Source: an uncultured Pseudomonadota bacterium (lineage in GTDB: Bacteria > Pseudomonadota > Alphaproteobacteria > Rs-D84). From it: DNA of 64,000 bases. The translations under genes were made by a program, and so were the position numbers. The notes below the pieces were generated by a model that saw nothing but the letters and a program-made list of their open reading frames with translations, searched no databases and was not told where the DNA came from. Shown here piece by piece: positions 47,191 to 58,026 of the stretch. The stretch is from NCBI GenBank assembly GCA_902784345.1, contig CACZUD010000004.1:4495-68494 (forward strand), read 5' to 3'. The stretch's first letter is position 1, and each line of letters begins with the position of its first letter.

Positions 47191-50100
47191 TATTCAATCA
47201 CCACCTTGGTTCCAAGAGCCATTAAATCTTTGGCCGTTGTTGCACCTAATTCAAAAGTCTGTTTAAGTGCCAATGTCGCCGTTTTATCCCCAGAATGCAA
47301 ATTTAAAACAATTCTGGTATAGCCAACTGGCAATGCAGCCAACGCTTTTTTTACATCCGCCAAAACAGCCTTGTCGTGAACATCTATCGTCATAGTTTTT
47401 GCAATCTTGGCAACCCATTGATTAAGCGGTGTAATAGAATCTACAAATATAGATATTCTGTCGTCGCGGACAGATGTTTTTCCACCAAGAACAACTTCTG
47501 TTTCTGAATTTAAAACCTGAGCTAAATCAATAGACGCTTCCCCAAAAGCAACACCTTCGACATTACCAAAACTGTCCGAAGCATTTATAGTCAACATATC
47601 CTTGCCTGTTTTTGTTTTCCGCCGCGAAAAAGAGTTAACGTTGACGGCAATCTGTACTGGTTTTCTGTCACCCAGTGTGGCAAGAGTTTGACTGGTTGCC
47701 AATTTTGATCGCGCAATTAAATGCTTGTATTGATCAAGCGGATGCGCAGAAATATAAAATCCCAGTGCCGATAATTCATTTTCTAATCTTTGTGCAAAAG
47801 TCCACTGTTTTGTTTTTGGCAAATCTTTTAATAATCTGTCTTCGCTGACATCATCTTGTGTCGTATTTGCAAACAAAGATAAAGAATTGGCACTTTCACG
47901 AGATTTAGATGCATATGCCAATATCGCATCGGCGTTCAAGAATATCAAAGCACGATTTTTTTCCAACGAATCCAGAACCCCAACTTTTGCAAACGCTTCC
48001 AATATACGTTTGTTTATAAAAGGCGAACAACGTTTAATAAAATCTGTCAGATTCTTAAATTTACCGTGTGCTTCACGTTCTGCAACAATCGCATCGGTTG
48101 CAACAGTACCAACACCCTTAATCGCCGCCAAGGCATAAATAATCTTCCCGTTACGCACAGTAAACAAGGATTCGCTTTCGTTTATATCAGGCGCAACAAT
48201 TGGTATATCAAAGTTAGATTTTGCATCATCTACAAATATGGCCAGTTGGTCTGTATCGTTCATATTACTGGACATAGATGCCGCCAAAAATTCTGCCGGG
48301 AAATGAGCTTTTATATATGCACATTGATTCGCCACAATAGAATAGGCGATAGCATGCGATTTATTAAATGCATATTTTGCAAATTCTTTAAACTTTTCCC
48401 ACAAATCTTTCGCGGTTGCTTCGTCCAAAGTATCTTCTTTTTTACAACCTTCCAAGAATTTGATTTCCATTTTCGCCAACAAATCTGCTTTCTTTTTACC
48501 CATCGCCTTGCGCACAGTATCCGATTCCCCGCGGGTAAAGCCCGCCAATGCACGCGTCAAAAGCATAACCTGTTCTTGATAAACGATAATACCATAACTT
48601 TCTTTTAATATGGCTTCGGCTTTTGGGTGAACATATTCGATTTTTTCTTCACCATGCATACGCGCAATAAATTGTGGAATAAATGCAATAGGCCCCGGAC
48701 GGTTTAACGCATTTAATGCAGATATTTCCAAGAAACTAGTCGGATGCATCTTTTTCAGTGTTTGTTGAACAAACGGAGCATCGAATTGGAATATGCCTTC
48801 GGTCAATCCAGATTGCCATAACTTCATAGTTTTTTCATCATCGGTTGGTATCTGATCCAAATCAACATTTATACCATGTGTTTTTTGAATCAGTTTTGTT
48901 GCGTACTTTAACACAACCAATGTTTCAAGTCCCAAAAAGTCAAACTTAATCAACCCTGCGCTTTCCAAATAATGTCCGTCAAATTGACACGACGGCAATG
49001 GGTTCGCAGGATCACGATAAACAGGCGCAATCTGTGTTGTTGGTCTGTCGCCGATAACTACGCCACATGCATGTTGTCCCAAATTTCGTATAGAACCTTC
49101 CAAATCTTCCGCCACAGATACGACCTTTGCCATATCAGGATCGTTTTCCAAGACTTCTTGAATTTCACGAGAAGATTCAACGGCCTCGCGAAGAGTTTTT
49201 GCGTCTTGTGGTATCAATTTAGACAATCTGTCTGATTTAGAATATGGCATACCATAAACACGACCAATATCACGTACGGCACCTCGTGCCTGTAAAGAAC
49301 CGAAAGTTATTATTCTGCACACTGAATCGCGACCATATTTTTCACCGACATAATCTAATACCCGTTCAATTCCGGTTGGTTCAAAATCAACGTCAAAATC
49401 AGGCATAGAAATACGATCTGGATTCAAAAATCTTTCAAACAACAAACCATATTTTAACGGGTCAACATGAGTGATTCCAAGCGCCCACGCAACAATAGAA
49501 CCCGCACCCGAACCTCGCCCTGGGCCAGTCAAAATATCGTTATTGCGACACCAATTAATATAATCAGCAACGATAAGGAAATACCCCGGGAACCCCATGC
49601 CAATAATAGTTTTTAATTCAAATTCTGCTTGTTCGAAATAGGGCGCAGTATCTGTTATACCATGGTCTTTTAATCGTTTGGTCAACCCATTCATTGTTGC
49701 ATCGCGCAACATTTGGCATTCGGTTTCTAAATCATCACCAAATTTTGGCAGCAACGGCTTTTCATGAACATTGACATAAAACGCACATCGTTTAGCAATA
49801 TTAACAGTGTTTTCTATTGCCTCTGGCAAATCAGAAAATAATTCTGACATTTCTTCGCATGATTTGAAATATTGTTCAGATGATTTACGTGGTCTGTCTG
49901 GGTCTATAACTTTTGTTTGTCCCAAAACGCAACTCAACGCATCCATGGCCTCATAATCAGACGGTGCCGCAAAACAAACATCATTGGTCGCAACAATCGG
50001 AATATTCAAATCGCGTGCAATCTGTAAAAAGACAGGTTCTGTCTTTATTTCGTCTTCTAAACCATGACGCTGAATTTCAATGTAAAAATTGTTTCCGAAT

Positions 50101-50624
50101 ATTTCTAAAAACTGCTGTGCCAGATTAAAAGCAGTATTATTTTGATTATTCAAAATCGCCATACCAATTGCGCCAGTATGCGCCCCAGACAAACAAATCA
50201 AATCATCTTTGTGTGCCTTTAATTCTGCCATGGTTATATACGGTCCAAGGTGATGATTTTCCTGACGCATGTACATAATACGACTAAGTTCGCAAAGATT
50301 CAGATAACCTTCGTGATGTTTTGCCAACAAAACCAACTTAGACAACGATGATTGGCGCAAAATCTTTGGATCAGCAGTATGGTGATTTATTGATAATTCA
50401 ACACCGATTATCGGCTGCAATTTACTGGACGGCATAACATCAGAAAATTCAGCGCATCCCGACATCATGTTTGTATCTGTCAGTGCACACGCAAACATAT
50501 TATTGTCGCGGCACAATTCAGGGATACCTTTTAATATACCCAACTTTTTATTGGCAGCCACAGACAGGGTACTGGCCCCAACAGAAATTTTTGAATGAAC
50601 ACGAAGATGCACAAACTCTGACAC
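47190..50624 (-). CDS. dnaE: DNA polymerase III alpha subunit
   Basis: PHP domain, GRGSGAGS, PDFDVDF, KFDFLGL and FNKSHA motifs. Confidence 0.97.
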   Translation of the reverse strand: MSEFVHLRVHSKISVGASTLSVAANKKLGILKGIPELCRDNNMFACALTDTNMMSGCAEFSDVMPSSKLQPIIGVELSINHHTADPKILRQSSLSKLVLLAKHHEGYLNLCELSRIMYMRQENHHLGPYITMAELKAHKDDLICLSGAHTGAIGMAILNNQNNTAFNLAQQFLEIFGNNFYIEIQRHGLEDEIKTEPVFLQIARDLNIPIVATNDVCFAAPSDYEAMDALSCVLGQTKVIDPDRPRKSSEQYFKSCEEMSELFSDLPEAIENTVNIAKRCAFYVNVHEKPLLPKFGDDLETECQMLRDATMNGLTKRLKDHGITDTAPYFEQAEFELKTIIGMGFPGYFLIVADYINWCRNNDILTGPGRGSGAGSIVAWALGITHVDPLKYGLLFERFLNPDRISMPDFDVDFEPTGIERVLDYVGEKYGRDSVCRIITFGSLQARGAVRDIGRVYGMPYSKSDRLSKLIPQDAKTLREAVESSREIQEVLENDPDMAKVVSVAEDLEGSIRNLGQHACGVVIGDRPTTQIAPVYRDPANPLPSCQFDGHYLESAGLIKFDFLGLETLVVLKYATKLIQKTHGINVDLDQIPTDDEKTMKLWQSGLTEGIFQFDAPFVQQTLKKMHPTSFLEISALNALNRPGPIAFIPQFIARMHGEEKIEYVHPKAEAILKESYGIIVYQEQVMLLTRALAGFTRGESDTVRKAMGKKKADLLAKMEIKFLEGCKKEDTLDEATAKDLWEKFKEFAKYAFNKSHAIAYSIVANQCAYIKAHFPAEFLAASMSSNMNDTDQLAIFVDDAKSNFDIPIVAPDINESESLFTVRNGKIIYALAAIKGVGTVATDAIVAEREAHGKFKNLTDFIKRCSPFINKRILEAFAKVGVLDSLEKNRALIFLNADAILAYASKSRESANSLSLFANTTQDDVSEDRLLKDLPKTKQWTFAQRLENELSALGFYISAHPLDQYKHLIARSKLATSQTLATLGDRKPVQIAVNVNSFSRRKTKTGKDMLTINASDSFGNVEGVAFGEASIDLAQVLNSETEVVLGGKTSVRDDRISIFVDSITPLNQWVAKIAKTMTIDVHDKAVLADVKKALAALPVGYTRIVLNLHSGDKTATLALKQTFELGATTAKDLMALGTKVVIE

Positions 50625-50653
50625 GACTTTCCTTCCTTACCCCTACACCGAAT

Positions 50654-53284
50654 TTAGTGCAATTTTCCATGACAATGTTTATATTTTAAACCAGAGCCAC
50701 ATGGACACAGCGCATTACGAGAAATATCCATATTTGCCATATTATTAGAAGCTGTATTTTGGTTTAATTCAGAATCATGTTGTGCCTGTTGTTGTGCAGT
50801 TGCATCAACATCTTCGCGGGTCAATTCCATACGACAAATATACGCAACAGACATTGTTTTGAAGTTTTGAATTGTATTTTTGAACAATTCTAACGCTTCA
50901 TTTTTATATTCATACAACGGATTTCTTTGTGCATACCCACGCAAGCCAATTGCACCTTGTAAATAATCCATCTGTTGCAAATGACGTTTCCAAACTGCAT
51001 CCAAAGCACCCAACATCATTTGACGTTGAGCCGTCTGCATCAACTCATTACCATATTTTTCACATTGTTGATTATAACGATGCATTGCCAAATTGAACAA
51101 GGTATCATACGCACCACGTTCTGATATTGTTTCATCTGTTTTCCATTTATCAATATCAGTAATATCCAAAGCAAATATACGCATCATATCGTCGTGAATG
51201 CCTTCGATGTTCCACGTTGATGGATGCGCTTTTTCTGGGATATTCTTTTCACAGATGATTTCAACCACATCGCCAATCAATTCCGTAGCCAACGGATTCA
51301 AATCTTCGGACGACATTAAATCATTACGCTGTTTGTAGATAACAGTTCTTTGGTCGTTCATGACATTATCATATTTCAACAACTCTTTACGTGCTTCGAA
51401 ATATCTGGCTTCAACACGCTTTTGAGCTTTTTCTAACGCTTTTGTTATCCAAGGATGCGTAATTGCTTCACCCGGTTTTAACCCCAAAGTAGTTAACATA
51501 TTTTGCAATCTGGCGGCACCAAATATACGCATTAAATCGTCATCCAAAGCCAAGAAGAACTTAGAATCACCCGGATCACCTTGCCGTCCTGAACGACCAC
51601 GCAACTGATTATCAATTCGGCGTGATTCATGACGTTCTGTACCGATAACATAAAGACCGCCGGCCTTTAATACTTTTTCTTTGTTCGCAGCAATGCGTTC
51701 AAGAATTTCTTTTTTCTTTTCTTCAAAATCAGGGGCCATTTCGTCCAAATCAGCGATCAAATCTTCCGCATTACCACCCAATTTAATATCCGTTCCACGT
51801 CCCGCCATATTGGTAGCAATTGTAACTGCACCCGGCGCACCGGCCTGAGAAACTATCTTTGCTTCTGATTCATGGTGTTTCGCGTTCAAGACAGCCGGTT
51901 TAATTCCCAACTTTTCTTGTACAATCTTTGCCAATTCTTCAGATTTTTCAATAGAAACTGTACCAACCAGCACCGGCTGTTCGCGTTCCATACATTCGGC
52001 AATCTGTTTTATAATCGCATCATATTTTTCGTTTTTATTGCGATAAATTTCATCATGATGGTCGATACGCGCCACCGGTTTATTTGTTGGAATTGACACA
52101 ACGCGCAGTTTATAAATTTCTTCAAATTCTGCGGCTTCGGTCATCGCAGTTCCTGTCATACCCGCCAATGTCGGATACATTCTGAATAAATTCTGATAAG
52201 AAATGCTGGACACTGTTTGGTTTTCAGGTTGCACTTCGACATGTTCTTTGGCTTCGATTGCCTGATGCAAGCCCTTGCCGAAACGACGACCAGACATAAC
52301 ACGTCCTGTAAATTCATCAACAATTAAAACTTCACCATTTCGAACAACATAATTCACATTTTTTTCAAACAAATGGTGCGCCAAAAGTGATTGCTGTAAA
52401 TGCATAACAACAACAGCATTTTCCGAAGAATACAAATTATCACCGACTAAAATATCCGCCTGTTTCAAAAGGGCAGTTGCATGATCAATACCGGATTCGG
52501 TCAATGTAACATGTCTGTCTTTTTCATCAATTTTATAATCATCAGGAACCAACTGCACGACCACCGCATCAACTTTGTTATACAATTCGCTGGTATCTTC
52601 AGCCGGCCCAGAAATAATCAATGGGGTACGAGCTTCATCGATTAAAATACTATCTACTTCGTCAACAATCGCATAAAAGAACGGACGTAAAACCTGCTGT
52701 TCTTTTGTGAATTTCATATTGTCACGCAGATAATCAAACCCTAATTCTGAATTTGTAACATAGGTAATATCGCAATTATAAGCCGCACGTCTATCTTCGT
52801 CAGACATATCGTGTTGAACAATACCTACCGTCATACCCAAGAATCTGTAAACTTGACCCATCCAACCAGCGTCACGCGATGCCAAATAGTCATTAACAGT
52901 AATCAAATGCGCGCCTTTACCCTGCAAAGCCTTTAAATACAGTGCCAATGTTGCAACCAAAGTTTTACCTTCACCAGTTTTCATTTCTGAAATCTGGCCA
53001 TTAGACAAAACCATACCACCGATAAGTTGTACATCGAAATGACGCAAACCAATTGAACGTTTTGCTGCTTCGCGTACCGCGGCAAAAACATCTGGCAAAA
53101 TATTTTTTTCTTTTTCGCCTTTTGCCAATCTTTCGCGGAAAACAGCGGTCAGCCCATGAATTTCATCATCGGACATTGCCGCATATTTACCTTCCAAACC
53201 ATTGATTATGGAAACTGTTTTATCGTAAGATTTTACCAATCTGTCATTTGCAGAGCCCATCAACATTTTCAATATATTTTTCAT
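50654..53284 (-). CDS. secA: Preprotein translocase ATPase SecA
   Basis: MKTGEGKT, DEVD, TNMAGRGTDI, QLRGRSGRQGD and C-terminal CPCGSG zinc finger. Confidence 0.98.
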   Translation of the reverse strand: MKNILKMLMGSANDRLVKSYDKTVSIINGLEGKYAAMSDDEIHGLTAVFRERLAKGEKEKNILPDVFAAVREAAKRSIGLRHFDVQLIGGMVLSNGQISEMKTGEGKTLVATLALYLKALQGKGAHLITVNDYLASRDAGWMGQVYRFLGMTVGIVQHDMSDEDRRAAYNCDITYVTNSELGFDYLRDNMKFTKEQQVLRPFFYAIVDEVDSILIDEARTPLIISGPAEDTSELYNKVDAVVVQLVPDDYKIDEKDRHVTLTESGIDHATALLKQADILVGDNLYSSENAVVVMHLQQSLLAHHLFEKNVNYVVRNGEVLIVDEFTGRVMSGRRFGKGLHQAIEAKEHVEVQPENQTVSSISYQNLFRMYPTLAGMTGTAMTEAAEFEEIYKLRVVSIPTNKPVARIDHHDEIYRNKNEKYDAIIKQIAECMEREQPVLVGTVSIEKSEELAKIVQEKLGIKPAVLNAKHHESEAKIVSQAGAPGAVTIATNMAGRGTDIKLGGNAEDLIADLDEMAPDFEEKKKEILERIAANKEKVLKAGGLYVIGTERHESRRIDNQLRGRSGRQGDPGDSKFFLALDDDLMRIFGAARLQNMLTTLGLKPGEAITHPWITKALEKAQKRVEARYFEARKELLKYDNVMNDQRTVIYKQRNDLMSSEDLNPLATELIGDVVEIICEKNIPEKAHPSTWNIEGIHDDMMRIFALDITDIDKWKTDETISERGAYDTLFNLAMHRYNQQCEKYGNELMQTAQRQMMLGALDAVWKRHLQQMDYLQGAIGLRGYAQRNPLYEYKNEALELFKNTIQNFKTMSVAYICRMELTREDVDATAQQQAQHDSELNQNTASNNMANMDISRNALCPCGSGLKYKHCHGKLH

Positions 53285-53518
53285 CTTTCATCCTTACCAT
53301 TTCTTTCAAAGACATCCATGTCCCAGAAACACCAAAATATTTATCGTTTTATAGCAATTTTAAGCGTCTGGGTCAAGACACTTTATCTATATAATAAAGA
53401 TTTTTTCTAAAACAAGTTTGAAATCATAAATTTCTTGCAAAATAAATAAAAAACTGATTTTTATTTTACGTTTTTTATGGTATTATTGAAACGAAGTTAA
53501 ACGAGAGGAGGGCGCCAA

Positions 53519-53728
53519 ATGAAATCAAATGTACAATTATTGAAACGCAACGAAATTTCCAGCGATGTTTTTATTATCGCCCCATCTCAAATTGACGCCA
53601 TATCACAGAAATTTGGTGACGCAGTTGCAGAAGCAATGAATATCCGTCCCTTGTCTCAAAAAATCCGCGAAATTGCCGCTGAAATATTAACAAAAACCCT
53701 GCAAGACGCCAAAAACATGGGCGAATAA
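53519..53728 (+). CDS. Small hypothetical protein
   Basis: 69-aa ORF with strong SD GAGGAGG. Confidence 0.6.
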   Translation: MKSNVQLLKRNEISSDVFIIAPSQIDAISQKFGDAVAEAMNIRPLSQKIREIAAEILTKTLQDAKNMGE

Positions 53729-53769
53729 ATCTTATTGAAAAAGAAAATTTTAATGGTACCATTGAACAC

Positions 53770-54102
53770 ACCAGGTGCGAAAAAGCATAGCTTTATTGTC
53801 TTGTCGCAATAAAGAGGAAAGTCCGGACTGCATTGGGACAACATAGTGGCTAATTACCACACAGGGCAACCTGATGATCAGAGCAGCAGAGACGAGCGTA
53901 TTCAGTTACGGTGAAACGGGCAATCTCTATGTGCAGCAACCTCAAGCAGAATCCAAGACCAGTCCCTGTCGTCAACGGAATCGGGTAGAGGGCTTGACAT
54001 TTTGCGGTAACGCAATTTGCAGATTAATTATGCTTGCAACCTTTATTGTGTTTTTAAACACGATTTTGGCTGTTACAGAATCCGGCTTAATGAACGCCTG
54101 GT
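53770..54102 (+). ncRNA. rnpB: RNase P RNA
   Basis: GAGGAAAGTCCGG and ACAGAATCCGGCTTA conserved P4 strands; P1 ACCAGGTG/CGCCTGGT. Confidence 0.93.
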
Positions 54103-54105
54103 ATT

Positions 54106-54133
54106 AAAAAAATCGCATTTCTGCGATTTTTTT
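54106..54133. terminator. Bidirectional terminator rnpB/tolA
   Basis: AAAAAAATCGCA-TTTC-TGCGATTTTTT. Confidence 0.75.
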
Positions 54134-54137
54134 ATTT

Positions 54138-54887
54138 TTACATAACTTTTCCACTGGTTGGATAAAAAGTAACCGATGTTTCACGCCATTTATTATATTC
54201 GTTTCTTGGCAACATAGAAAACGGAGAACAAGCCTTGATTGCGGCCTTAGCTGTATCTAGCACATACGCAAAATCAGGGTCCGTTTCTGCACGTGATTCT
54301 GATTCAAACCACAACCTGTCAACAACACCCGTTGGCAAGAATTTGATATGTGCAGTAAGACGGATATCTTCTATACCTGGATGCGCCGTATCAATGTTCC
54401 AACAACGTGTCAATGCAACACGCAAAGCATCTACCACCGAAGCAGTCATTGTTCTGTCTAAAGACAAAACTTCGCGATTGACACGAACCACTGTTTTTTT
54501 ACGTGGCGCAGGCTTGTCTTCAACCCTTTTTTCATCTTTCTTGGTTTTTTTGTCTTTTTTTGAATCTTTACTTTCGTTTTCAATCATAGTTGGTTGTTTC
54601 AAATCGATTTTCTCGTTTTCTGTATTTTTCTGGCTTTCCGTCTTTTTATCGATTTTTGCATCCATTTCTGGCTGTATTTGATTGGTATTATACAGCTTGG
54701 TTTCATCGCCAGTTATTTTAACATTTTTTAAATCTAATTCTATGATTTCAACACGATTAGGCGTAACCAATTTCGCACGTTCAATAACAACAGTAAAAGA
54801 AAAAGTTATTATCGCAATCAAAACTAGATGTCCAAGGATGGACATACAAAAATTTTCACTTTGAAACTGCTTTTCTCTATTCATCAT
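54138..54887 (-). CDS. tolA: TolA-like protein
   Basis: TM with S...H motif (SILGH), charged linker, C-terminal CWN...A..AI..C.PF domain. Confidence 0.8.
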   Translation of the reverse strand: MMNREKQFQSENFCMSILGHLVLIAIITFSFTVVIERAKLVTPNRVEIIELDLKNVKITGDETKLYNTNQIQPEMDAKIDKKTESQKNTENEKIDLKQPTMIENESKDSKKDKKTKKDEKRVEDKPAPRKKTVVRVNREVLSLDRTMTASVVDALRVALTRCWNIDTAHPGIEDIRLTAHIKFLPTGVVDRLWFESESRAETDPDFAYVLDTAKAAIKACSPFSMLPRNEYNKWRETSVTFYPTSGKVM

Positions 54888-55303
54888 TTGTTATCAAGTT
54901 TTGTTCGCAAACCAACGCGTTGAAAACCTACATCTTTTAATTTACCCATCATTGACATAACCGCACCATAATCAGCATGCGTATCCCCACTTAAAGTAAT
55001 TGTTAAATTTGGGTTTTCTCCACGCATAGCAATTGCGCGTTTCACAATTTCATCCCTTGGCAACTGTTGATCCAGCAAATAATAATTCCCACGTGCATCA
55101 ACACTGATTTGAATAGAATGGTCGTTACCGGTCATTGCCGAAGTTCCCGCGCGCGGCAAATCTATATCAATACCGGTCATCATCATTGGCGTAGTAACCA
55201 TAAACACCGCCAACAAAGTCGTCATAACATCAATCATTGGTGTAAGCGACATATTCGCATCACTGACACCTGAACGTCTTCTGGACATTTTAATCCCCAC
55301 CAT
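54884..55303 (-). CDS. tolR: TolR/ExbD
   Basis: TPMIDVM..LL.VFMVT.P and D....YG.V motifs. Confidence 0.88.
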   Translation of the reverse strand: MVGIKMSRRRSGVSDANMSLTPMIDVMTTLLAVFMVTTPMMMTGIDIDLPRAGTSAMTGNDHSIQISVDARGNYYLLDQQLPRDEIVKRAIAMRGENPNLTITLSGDTHADYGAVMSMMGKLKDVGFQRVGLRTKLDNK

Positions 55304-55794
55304 TATTTATGTTTCATTTCTTTGACTGATTCGGTCAATTTGTCATACAAATCGTCTGATTTTTTTGAAAAAACATTGTACGCAATTGCCGCAGGCACAG
55401 CCGCAATCAAACCTAATGCCGTTGTACCAAGTGCGACCGCTAACCCCGGTGCAATAACGCCAATGCTTACCGATTGGTTAATTCCGATAGCAGCGAACGA
55501 ATCCATAACACCCCAAACAGTTCCAAACAAACCAACGAATGGTGCAACATATGAAACCATGGACAAAAACCACAAGTTTTTATCAAACGGACGGATTAAC
55601 TTGTCAACTATTGTATCTAAATTATCGCCAGCCTTGACAGAAACAGGGTGTTTTTTTTGAAAATTCCAAAGACGGATTTTTTCAATAATAACCGCCCATG
55701 AAAAAACACTGGCAACAACCAGAACCAAAGACACAAATAATGTCATCAAATCACGACCACTGAACAATGTCAGCAAAGAAAAACTGTTTTCCAT
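55303..55794 (-). CDS. tolQ: TolQ/ExbB (short form)
   Basis: PFVGLFGTVWGVMDSF and APGLAVAL.TTALGL..A.PA motifs. Confidence 0.88.
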   Translation of the reverse strand: MENSFSLLTLFSGRDLMTLFVSLVLVVASVFSWAVIIEKIRLWNFQKKHPVSVKAGDNLDTIVDKLIRPFDKNLWFLSMVSYVAPFVGLFGTVWGVMDSFAAIGINQSVSIGVIAPGLAVALGTTALGLIAAVPAAIAYNVFSKKSDDLYDKLTESVKEMKHK

Positions 55795-55819
55795 TTTTAC
55801 CTTCCTTTTTTTACAAATA

Positions 55820-56197
55820 TTATTTAAACATCTTTAAAATTGATTCTGGTATTGCCTTTGGGCGCATATCAGAACCAAGATACGCAATCGTAATATTCAT
55901 TATAGCACAAATTTCATCGTTTTTCACGAATTTTTGTTCAATAACCATTGACGCCCCACCAACCTTAACAGGCGTTGTTTCAACAGTAAATTCATCGTTC
56001 AAGAAAAGAGGGCGCATATACTTTATATTTACTTCACGTGCAACGAACCCAACATCGCCGTCCGGAATTACCATACCACGCGACCAATTAGAACGTGCAC
56101 GTTCCGCAACTTCTATATATCGCGCATGATACATAACACCTTCGGCATCAGTATCCGCATAAGCCACCGCAAAATTAAAAACATGTGGTTTTGTCAT
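55820..56197 (-). CDS. ybgC: YbgC/FadM acyl-CoA thioesterase
   Basis: YADTDAEGVMYHARY motif; position before tolQ. Confidence 0.88.
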   Translation of the reverse strand: MTKPHVFNFAVAYADTDAEGVMYHARYIEVAERARSNWSRGMVIPDGDVGFVAREVNIKYMRPLFLNDEFTVETTPVKVGGASMVIEQKFVKNDEICAIMNITIAYLGSDMRPKAIPESILKMFK

Positions 56198-56215
56198 AAA
56201 ATCCCCCTAACAAAA

Positions 56216-57208
56216 TTATTTTTCAAGACCAAGATGTTTATAGCCACTTTCTGTTACAATTCGACCACGTGGCGTACGCTGAATAAAACCAAGCTGCATT
56301 AAATAAGGTTCTATAACATCTTCGATTGTATCAGCAGGTTCAGATAATGCCGCCGCCAAATTATCAATTCCAACAGGTCCCCCAGAATAATGTTTTATTA
56401 TCGCACTGATATATTCCCTGTCTATTTCATCCAACCCCAGTGCATCAATATGTAATTGGTACAAAGTTGTTTTTATTGTATCTGCATCTATAAAATCTTT
56501 GCCGGTTGCCGCCGCAAAATCACGCGCACGTTTCAACAATCTGTTCGCAATACGCGGTGTCCCACGTGAAGAAGCCGCCAACATTTTTGCGCCATCTGCA
56601 TCTATATTTGTTCCAAGAATCTTTGCGCTGCGCATAATAATCTTTGCCAAATCGTCCACAGAATAAAAAGACAATCTTAAATCAATTCCAAATCTGTCCC
56701 GTAAAGGATTAGACAATAACCCAGTACGAGTTGTCGCACCAACCAAAGTAAACGGCGGCAAATCAATACGCACAGATTTAGCCGTTGGACCTTCGCCCAA
56801 CATAATATCCAACTTAAAATCTTCCATTGCAGAATAAAGGACTTCTTCAATCGCGGTTGGCAACCGGTGGATTTCATCGATAAACAAAACATCCATTGGT
56901 TCCAGCGCAGTTAAAATCGCCGCCAAATCACCTTGCTTGGTCAGCATAGGTGCAGAAGTAGCACGAAAATTTGTCCCCAACTCATTAGCAACAATATGTG
57001 CCAATGTGGTTTTACCCAATCCCGGGGGACCATAAAGCAAAACATGATCCATTGCTTCACCACGACCACGCGCCGCCGAAACAAAAACAGACAAGTTTTG
57101 TTTTAACGCTTCGTGCCCAATAAAATCACCCAGTGTCTTTGGTCGAATTGTATTCGCCATTTCATCTGGGATATTTGGATCCATAAATCTTTTGTTTTCG
57201 TTCATCAT
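56216..57208 (-). CDS. ruvB: Holliday junction helicase RuvB
   Basis: [21 protein letters not shown] and RGTPR motifs. Confidence 0.97.
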   Translation of the reverse strand: MMNENKRFMDPNIPDEMANTIRPKTLGDFIGHEALKQNLSVFVSAARGRGEAMDHVLLYGPPGLGKTTLAHIVANELGTNFRATSAPMLTKQGDLAAILTALEPMDVLFIDEIHRLPTAIEEVLYSAMEDFKLDIMLGEGPTAKSVRIDLPPFTLVGATTRTGLLSNPLRDRFGIDLRLSFYSVDDLAKIIMRSAKILGTNIDADGAKMLAASSRGTPRIANRLLKRARDFAAATGKDFIDADTIKTTLYQLHIDALGLDEIDREYISAIIKHYSGGPVGIDNLAAALSEPADTIEDVIEPYLMQLGFIQRTPRGRIVTESGYKHLGLEK

Positions 57209-57211
57209 AAT

Positions 57212-57871
57212 TTACAACAACTTGTTATCAGAATTTTCGCGACCCACATATGCTTTTAAATCATTATACATTTGACGCAAATCTGATGCCTGAGAATAAC
57301 ACGCATCAGCATTTTTTACACGAATAGTTTCCAAATCAATTTGTGCCTGTTTTTTCAGAATTTGTGTTAAATGAGTGCCAAACGCAGATGCTTCATCGCC
57401 TTCGTTCATACCTTGTAATAATAAGCCACGATTAGGGCGAGGCGACAAGAATCCAAAATCTGAAACAGATGGATCGGGCGACACCAGCGCAAAGCCGGAT
57501 ACTTCCGGTCGACGCATCATGGCCTGAAGCACATACCACGCACCCAACTGATGTCCCGCCAGCCAGATTTTATCACTGTCTTCGTTTTTATTTTGAATCC
57601 AATCTATCACAGTTGCTATATCAAGCATATTTTCAGCCGTTGTTCCAACAGAGCCTTCTGAATCGTTTACGCCACGATAATTAAAACGCACAACTGAAAA
57701 ACCGATATCCATAAACGCACGAAACATCGCATAAGAAACCCTGTCGTTCATGTGGCATTTATGTCGTGGGCTGCCAGACAAAACAACCGCCAGTGGCGCG
57801 GCTTCCAATTCTGATTTATGATACACTGCATGCAATTTTCCGGACTCTCCAGTAATAATAACATCTACCAT
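57212..57871 (-). CDS. Alpha/beta hydrolase-fold protein with degenerate catalytic site
   Basis: RFNYRGV..S.G and AMMRRPE..GF family motifs; nucleophile elbow reads AGHQLG. Confidence 0.75.
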   Translation of the reverse strand: MVDVIITGESGKLHAVYHKSELEAAPLAVVLSGSPRHKCHMNDRVSYAMFRAFMDIGFSVVRFNYRGVNDSEGSVGTTAENMLDIATVIDWIQNKNEDSDKIWLAGHQLGAWYVLQAMMRRPEVSGFALVSPDPSVSDFGFLSPRPNRGLLLQGMNEGDEASAFGTHLTQILKKQAQIDLETIRVKNADACYSQASDLRQMYNDLKAYVGRENSDNKLL

Positions 57872-58026
57872 TATTTTTCACCTTAAAATGTTTTTCTTGT
57901 ACAAGTATATCACATTTATAAAACAATTTCGTTATTATTTTCAATAAAAATATTTTTTGCTTTGACATAGCATATAAAAATATTCTATCATTTTACAATA
58001 AAGTATACGAGAGAAAGGTTGCACTC

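Noticed and set aside
47190-50624. Possible intein or split in dnaE
   Set aside because: Normal length with continuous motifs; no intein signature
53281-53319. 12-codon uORF MDVFERNGKDER whose TGA overlaps the secA ATG
   Set aside because: No clear SD, no signal peptide and no arrest motif as in SecM; likely chance
53874-54107. 77-aa ORF on the + strand
   Set aside because: Lies within the RNase P RNA
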